9,060 bases of DNA from Nanobdellota archaeon. GTDB lineage: Archaea; Nanobdellota; Nanobdellia; Nanobdellales; Nanobdellaceae. Positions 6,443-9,060 of the stretch are shown here, piece by piece. The notes beneath the pieces are model-generated. The model searched no databases. It was given only the letters and a program-made list of their open reading frames with translations, and was not told the DNA's origin. The stretch is from assembly GCA_020697515.1 (NCBI GenBank), contig JAIXNB010000027.1, positions 1 through 9,060 of the forward strand. The letters run 5' to 3'. Each line of letters starts with the position of its first letter. The stretch's first letter is position 1. A program made the translations under genes and the position numbers.

Positions 6443-6844
6443 ATGATTGTGATTTACAAGAGAGAGTGGGCAACCGTTAGAGCGGAAGATATTAAATCTA
6501 TTCACATATTCGAGTTAGAAAAGGCTGAAAATTACTCAAGGAGAATTGTTGAAGTATTAAAACAAATATATCCGGATGTTGAGAAAGAAAATGTTCTATT
6601 TAAGGATTTAGTATTCGATAATATAAAGAGGCAATATAACTTAATTATCTCGGATGCGATGTATAGGCAAGCAGGTTACCAATACATAATCATTGTTGAT
6701 TCACTATATGGTGGTTTTACATTTCCTATAAAAAAATTAGGTAATCCAGATGCTGTTCAAGTACTATTGGATGGTTCTAAGGAAATAAAATATGTCAAGA
6801 TATCCGAGGAGGAGGGGATTGTTGAAGTTAAATTGAAGGAATGA
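6443..6844 (+). CDS. Hypothetical protein, no family recognised
   Basis: 133-aa ORF with an ATG start. It begins 36 nt after the marC stop, and its stop overlaps the trmI start (ATGA at 6841-6844). Composition resembles the neighbouring genes. I can identify no motif. Confidence 0.65.
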   Translation: MIVIYKREWATVRAEDIKSIHIFELEKAENYSRRIVEVLKQIYPDVEKENVLFKDLVFDNIKRQYNLIISDAMYRQAGYQYIIIVDSLYGGFTFPIKKLGNPDAVQVLLDGSKEIKYVKISEEEGIVEVKLKE

Positions 6845-7572
6845 TTTTATTTCATCTGAAAACTGGCAAAAAGTATTATATTAAAGACCCAAAGGACTTT
6901 TCAACACATTTAGGTGTAATAAAGAAGGAATATCTTGAGAATGCAAAACCAGGAGAGATTATTAAGAGCCATTTAGGGGAAGAGTTTGTAGTACTAAAGG
7001 ATACTTTTATAGACTTACTAGAGTTCTTAAGGAGAGGACCACAAACTACACATCCAAAGGATTTTGGATTACTGGTTTCTCTAACAGGTTTGTCATCTGG
7101 TTGGAAGGTTGTAGAGGGGGGAGCAGGTTCAGGAATACTTACATCATTTTTAGCGAATACTGTAAAACCCGATGGTAGAGTATACAGCTATGAAAAAAGA
7201 GGGGAATTTTATGAGATTGCTAAAGAAAATTTAGAGAAAACAGGACTTATAGATTATGTTGATTTAAAATTAAAAGATATAACCATAGGAATAGATGAGA
7301 AGAACGTTGATATAGTTGTTTTAGATGTAGGGGATCCTTGGAGGGTATTAGAGCATGCTTATAACTCATTAAGGGTGGGAGGGTATCTTGCAGTGTTTTT
7401 ACCAAATATAACATCTGTTCTAAAACTGTTGGAGTTGAATAGGAAATTTTATCTTCTAGGAATTTATGAAAGTATTGTTAGAGAGTGGATTTATCGTAAA
7501 GACGTTCTCAGGCCAAGGCATATGCAATTATCTCATACAGAATTCTTAATTCTATTTAGAAAGATCAAATGA
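6841..7572 (+). CDS. trmI: tRNA (adenine57/58-N1)-methyltransferase, TrmI/Gcd14 family
   Basis: 243 aa. RRGPQTTHPKD, the SAM motif VVEGGAGSGILTSFLANTVKPDGRVYSYE, LKLKDI and VDIVVLDVGDPW match my recollection of Pyrococcus abyssi TrmI (KRGPQIVHPKD, IVEAGVGSGALTLFLANIVGPEGRVVSYE, IKLKDI, VDHVILDLPQP). Confidence 0.9.
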   Translation: MILFHLKTGKKYYIKDPKDFSTHLGVIKKEYLENAKPGEIIKSHLGEEFVVLKDTFIDLLEFLRRGPQTTHPKDFGLLVSLTGLSSGWKVVEGGAGSGILTSFLANTVKPDGRVYSYEKRGEFYEIAKENLEKTGLIDYVDLKLKDITIGIDEKNVDIVVLDVGDPWRVLEHAYNSLRVGGYLAVFLPNITSVLKLLELNRKFYLLGIYESIVREWIYRKDVLRPRHMQLSHTEFLILFRKIK

Positions 7573-8249
7573 AGCTGGCGGTCCTTTATTCTGGAGGGAA
7601 AGATTCTAATCTAGCTCTGTATAGGGCTATGTTATATCATGATATAGAGGTTCTTATAAATCTCTTTCCTATGGATCCAGAAAGCTATCTTTTTCATGTG
7701 CCTAATGCGAAATGGACAACTCTTCAGGCAAAAGCTATTGGAATACCTATAATACAGTGGAAGACTAGTGGGGAAAAGGAAAAAGAACTAGAAGATCTAA
7801 AGAGAGTATTAGAATATGCAATTTCTGAATACGAGATTGAAGGGATAGTAACGGGGGCTATTAGATCTACATATCAAGCGGCCAAGTTCCAAAAGGTTTG
7901 TAGGGAGTTGGGATTGTGGTGTTTTAACCCTCTATGGCTATCAGATGAAGTAGAGTTACTACTTAATCTAATTAATAATAAGTTTAAAGTTATTATTACT
8001 GGAATTTTTGCGTATCCTTTGGGTAAATCACTCCTTGGAAAGGTTATAGACATGGAAGTTATAGATCTTTTTAAGAAGTTTAAGAAGAAGTACGGTCTCA
8101 ACCCTGCTGGGGAGGGTGGGGAAATAGAGACTTTCGTCATAGATGCACCTTTCTTTAGAGAGAGAATAGAGATAGTAGATTATGAAATAAAGTACAAAGA
8201 GTATTCGGGGGTTTTTATAATACGAGATGCAAAACTTGTAAAGAAATGA
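7569..8249 (+). CDS. dph6: PP-loop ATP pyrophosphatase of the MJ0570/PF0828/Dph6 family (diphthine-ammonia ligase type)
   Basis: 226 aa. It has the PP-loop AVLYSGGKDSNLALY, the stretch LQAKAIGIPII..GEKEKELEDLK, and the signature AGEGGEIETFVIDAPFF (PF0828 has AGEGGEFETFVLDMPFF as I recall). ATGA overlaps occur at both ends. Confidence 0.88.
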   Translation: MKLAVLYSGGKDSNLALYRAMLYHDIEVLINLFPMDPESYLFHVPNAKWTTLQAKAIGIPIIQWKTSGEKEKELEDLKRVLEYAISEYEIEGIVTGAIRSTYQAAKFQKVCRELGLWCFNPLWLSDEVELLLNLINNKFKVIITGIFAYPLGKSLLGKVIDMEVIDLFKKFKKKYGLNPAGEGGEIETFVIDAPFFRERIEIVDYEIKYKEYSGVFIIRDAKLVKK

Positions 8250-8782
8250 TACTAATAGTTAGTACCTGCAAGGATCCACTAAGTGAGTACGAATTTGTAA
8301 AGCCTCTAGAAAGAATAGTACAAAAATGTTGTGAGGAATATACAGTAGTGTCTTATAGAGAAATAAAAGAAGGAGTGTGGGATAAAATAATAATAACTGG
8401 TACTGCTCTAAAAGATTTCGATTATATTAAGTATATAAAGAACTTTTTGTGGTTGCAAGAATCCTATATTCCTGTTTTGGGTATTTGTGCAGGTTCACAA
8501 ATAATTACTAAAATCTTTGGAGGAAAACTTGAAGACTACCTGATAATTGGAAGGAAAAAAGTAGAGATTATGAAAGAGAACCCATTAGTATCCATGGAAA
8601 AAATTTATAGTTATTTTATTACATCTAAAGTTCCAAGGCTTAATAAGCGATTTGAAATAATTGGCAAGTTAAATGGGATTCCAGTTTTCTTTTCAGTAAA
8701 ATATACTAGGATATATGGAGTAGTTTTCCATCCAGAAGTTTTTAATGAAAATTTAATTATAAATTTTGTGAAGAGGTTATAA
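8246..8782 (+). CDS. Stand-alone class-I glutamine amidotransferase (GuaA-subunit-A-like, divergent)
   Basis: 178 aa. The nucleophile elbow is PVLGICAGSQ. The His-Glu pair lies in VVFHPEV near the C-terminus, so the Cys-His-Glu triad is intact. The usual SGGP stretch is replaced by ITGTA. The start overlaps the dph6-like stop (ATGA at 8246-8249). Confidence 0.8.
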   Translation: MILIVSTCKDPLSEYEFVKPLERIVQKCCEEYTVVSYREIKEGVWDKIIITGTALKDFDYIKYIKNFLWLQESYIPVLGICAGSQIITKIFGGKLEDYLIIGRKKVEIMKENPLVSMEKIYSYFITSKVPRLNKRFEIIGKLNGIPVFFSVKYTRIYGVVFHPEVFNENLIINFVKRL

Positions 8783-8804
8783 AAATAGCTTAATGTATAC
8801 TCTA

Positions 8805-8840
8805 TTTTTATGTTATACCTTAAATAAACTCTACCTTTTT
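8805..8840 (+). terminator. Two T5 tracts downstream of the amidotransferase gene, possible operon terminator
   Basis: TTTTT at 8805-8809 and at 8836-8840, 23-58 nt after the stop at 8782. Confidence 0.3.
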
Positions 8841-8896
8841 ATATCAAAAGCATGATTGTAAATTATTTGATAGGGTTTTCTTAACTATGAATTATC

Positions 8897-9060
8897 ATGG
8901 ATAGATTAAGATTCGGCCCAGCGGGCGTCCCCTTGTCAGCTCCTAAAAGAGATATAATAACTGGAATAATACATACGGGAGCATTGGGGCTAGATGCGAT
9001 GGAATTAGAATTTGTATATGGGGTTAGACTGAAAAAGAAAATTGCAGAGAAGGCTAAAAG
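8897..9060 (+). CDS. Endonuclease IV-like / xylose-isomerase-like TIM-barrel protein, N-terminal fragment; continues past the right edge
   Basis: My translation from the ATG at 8897 gives MDRLRFGPAGVPLSAPKRDIITGIIHTGALGLDAMELEFVYGVRLKKKIAEKAK, open to the window end. The pattern RFGPAG.P ... LGL.AME.EFV.GV is typical of the N-terminus of archaeal AP endonuclease family 2 proteins as I remember them. Confidence 0.55.
   Translation, partial: MDRLRFGPAGVPLSAPKRDIITGIIHTGALGLDAMELEFVYGVRLKKKIAEKAK

Noticed and set aside
7874-8140. Minus-strand 88-aa ORF inside the dph6-like gene
   Set aside because: It is antisense to a gene with strong PP-loop and EGGE-ETFV signatures. It is Ser/Pro/Leu-rich shadow-frame sequence.
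1-9060. Search for CRISPR arrays, transposase or integrase genes, terminal inverted repeats, toxin-antitoxin or defence-island signatures
   Set aside because: I saw no regularly spaced direct repeats and no recombinase-like ORFs. Every ORF of 65 aa or more is accounted for by housekeeping-type genes or their antisense shadows. The window looks like core chromosome rather than an accessory island.

Overview
AT-rich archaeal chromosomal segment, judged roughly one-third G+C by eye. Archaeal origin is supported by PolD, a Cdc48/VAT ATPase ending in an HbYX-type tail, TrmI, an MJ0570/Dph6-type PP-loop protein, and TATA boxes about 26 nt upstream of start codons. The window holds 11 coding regions in two blocks. 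The minus-strand block (1-4938) contains the 5' end of the PolD large subunit gene, then a co-directional run: cdc48, a short ThiF/MoeB-type E1-like gene, and a Rmt/Arm/FmrO-like 16S rRNA methyltransferase homolog. The plus-strand block (5017-9060) contains a PRC-barrel gene, a 511-bp ORF-free gap, then marC, an unknown 133-aa gene, trmI, a dph6-like gene and a class-I glutamine amidotransferase. The last four are linked by ATGA overlaps. A partial endonuclease-IV-like gene follows. I found no tRNA, rRNA, CRISPR array, transposase or integrase. Four things deserve a second look. (1) The E1-like protein has serine at the MoeB catalytic-cysteine position, has no ubiquitin-like partner in the window, and overlaps the aminoglycoside-resistance-type methyltransferase homolog by 19 nt directly downstream of cdc48. 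(2) The Dph6-like PP-loop enzyme is coupled to a stand-alone amidotransferase, which suggests a two-subunit glutamine-dependent amidotransferase. (3) The long non-coding gap contains an orphan TATA box followed by a perfect 11-bp hairpin, plus G-run/C-run segments. (4) A 57-nt exact in-frame repeat lies between the D1 and D2 Walker A regions of cdc48. All functional calls rest on remembered family motifs, not database searches.
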